Shown here: positions 62,800 through 64,000 of the stretch, in pieces
Layout: each line of letters begins with the position of its first letter
How positions within the stretch are numbered: position 1 is the first letter of the stretch
Assembly (NCBI GenBank): GCA_002633005.1
Contig: NMRA01000066.1
Coordinates: 739,136-803,135, forward strand
DNA length: 64,000 bases
Direction: 5' to 3'
Source of the DNA: Phoronis australis
Taxonomy: Eukaryota; Animalia; Phoronida
Made by a program: the position numbers and the translations under genes
Notes under the pieces: generated by a model
Told to the model about the DNA's origin: nothing
The model's database searches: none
What the model saw: only the letters and a program-made list of their open reading frames with translations

Positions 62800-63828
62800 G
62801 TGCTCTTCAACAATCAGGGTGAAACCACTGCGACCAGCACAGGCGTACATGTAGGGCCGGGGACAGTCGAAAAAAGAAAAACACAAGCAACCATGTTAAA
62901 GACAGAAAATGCGTCGACTACGAATGCTGGGCCTTGGGCAGGACATACTAAACATACTTAAAAACGTACTCTTAATCATGAAAACTTGATATGCACATAT
63001 TTTCTGGAGCAAATTGATTAAGAATTGACATGTTAGAGAGTAAAAAGTGCATTTATCCAGGACACCTCTCTGGCGAGGTATTCTGGAGCCGACCACTTTC
63101 TCTTCCGTTTTATTAAAACTGTATTTCAATACAATATAAATTGGTTACCAGGTGATCGCACCTGACTCTTACTTTTTTGTTTCCATATTCAGAGGGTCCC
63201 TTGATCCATAACCACCCTTTTCCCATTCGCAGAGGGGGTTAATGATGGAATCAATCGATTCTCTTTTTCTGCTGCTTTTGTTAAACCTTGCAACATTTTA
63301 TATTAACGAAGGTCACCTCTTGAAGGTTCACCCCTCACAAACCAGGCTCTGTCGATTGTGCACCACGTGAAGCATGCGCGCACCCCCATCCCCTCCCCCG
63401 AGCCTCGCACTCTGAGGATGAGCCCTTGTACATACAATTTCTAGCAAAACACTAGCAACAACATCAAAACGCGTGATTCAAGCAACCACAAATGTACAGC
63501 TGCCTCGATTTTTCACGAAAAGGGAATATTGGTAGGACAATCGCGCGTGTCAATTAGACTGTCGGGTATTTTTGATGACCGTGAAGGCCTAAAGTGTACA
63601 AGTCGAACGGATTCATGTGCTCAGTGGAATAAACCAGATTTTTTTGGATTCCCCTTCTCCCATGCTCTGCCGGATGTGGTCAAGTTTTTGTGCGCATGCC
63701 TTAGAGAATTGCCTAAAGTTCCATGTAATTAAACACACACAACCATTTTGCTACTTTACACGCAAAATAAATAAGAACAATACATTAATCTGCATCCGAG
63801 AGGCGCCACCGCACTGCCAAAATATACA

Positions 63829-64000
63829 AAGAGTGGTCTCAGTATACATGTAAGAGTGGTCTCAGTATACATGTAAGAGTGGTCTCAGTATACATGTAAG
63901 AGTGGTCTCAGTATACATGTAAGAGTGGTCTCAGTATACTTGTAAGAGTGGTCTCAGTATACATGTAAGAGTGGTCTCAGTATACATGTAAGAGTGGTCT
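63829..64000 (+). repeat. 23-bp minisatellite (AAGAGTGGTCTCAGTATACATGT), ~7.5 copies, runs off the window
   Basis: Head-to-tail copies at 23-bp period with one substitution near 63940 and no spacers. Confidence 0.97.

Larger units (their letters stand above)
47745..63790. repeat. Tandem segmental duplication, unit B
   Basis: Co-linear with 31010-45500. Ends approximate. Confidence 0.92.

Noticed and set aside
63829-64000. CRISPR array
   Set aside because: Repeats are head-to-tail with no spacers, there are no cas genes, and the context is eukaryotic.

Overview
AT-rich, intron-containing DNA from an animal genome, probably a marine invertebrate (inferred from repeat content, not identified). 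The ORF track is mostly noise because the genes are spliced. Manual exon assembly gives three intact genes on the minus strand. (1) A 3-exon, 191-aa secreted precursor (13419-11687): signal peptide, very acidic propeptide, KRGPRR cleavage site, then a highly cationic 11-Cys domain with Spaetzle/neurotrophin-like cystine-knot spacing. (2,3) Two tandem paralogues (CDS 39715-33856 and 57835-49009), each 274 aa over 6 coding exons: signal peptide, divergent CUB-like ectodomain, one TM helix, poly-Cys string and Pro/Gln/Tyr-rich tail. They lie in a ~15-16 kb tandem duplication, and only copy B has a PPxY motif. A frameshifted TLDc-like gene lies between (1) and (2). The rest is mobile DNA: a Penelope-like fragment with inverted pseudo-LTRs carrying hammerhead motifs, a THAP-bearing ISL2EU-like element in the 3' UTR of copy A with a nested 9-bp-TSD insertion, L1/Tx1 and CR1/L2-type LINE fragments, SINEs, TIR elements, more than 30 TACATGTA octamers that look like Tc1/mariner excision footprints, and a terminal 23-bp minisatellite. 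All family assignments come from motif recognition by eye; no search was run.
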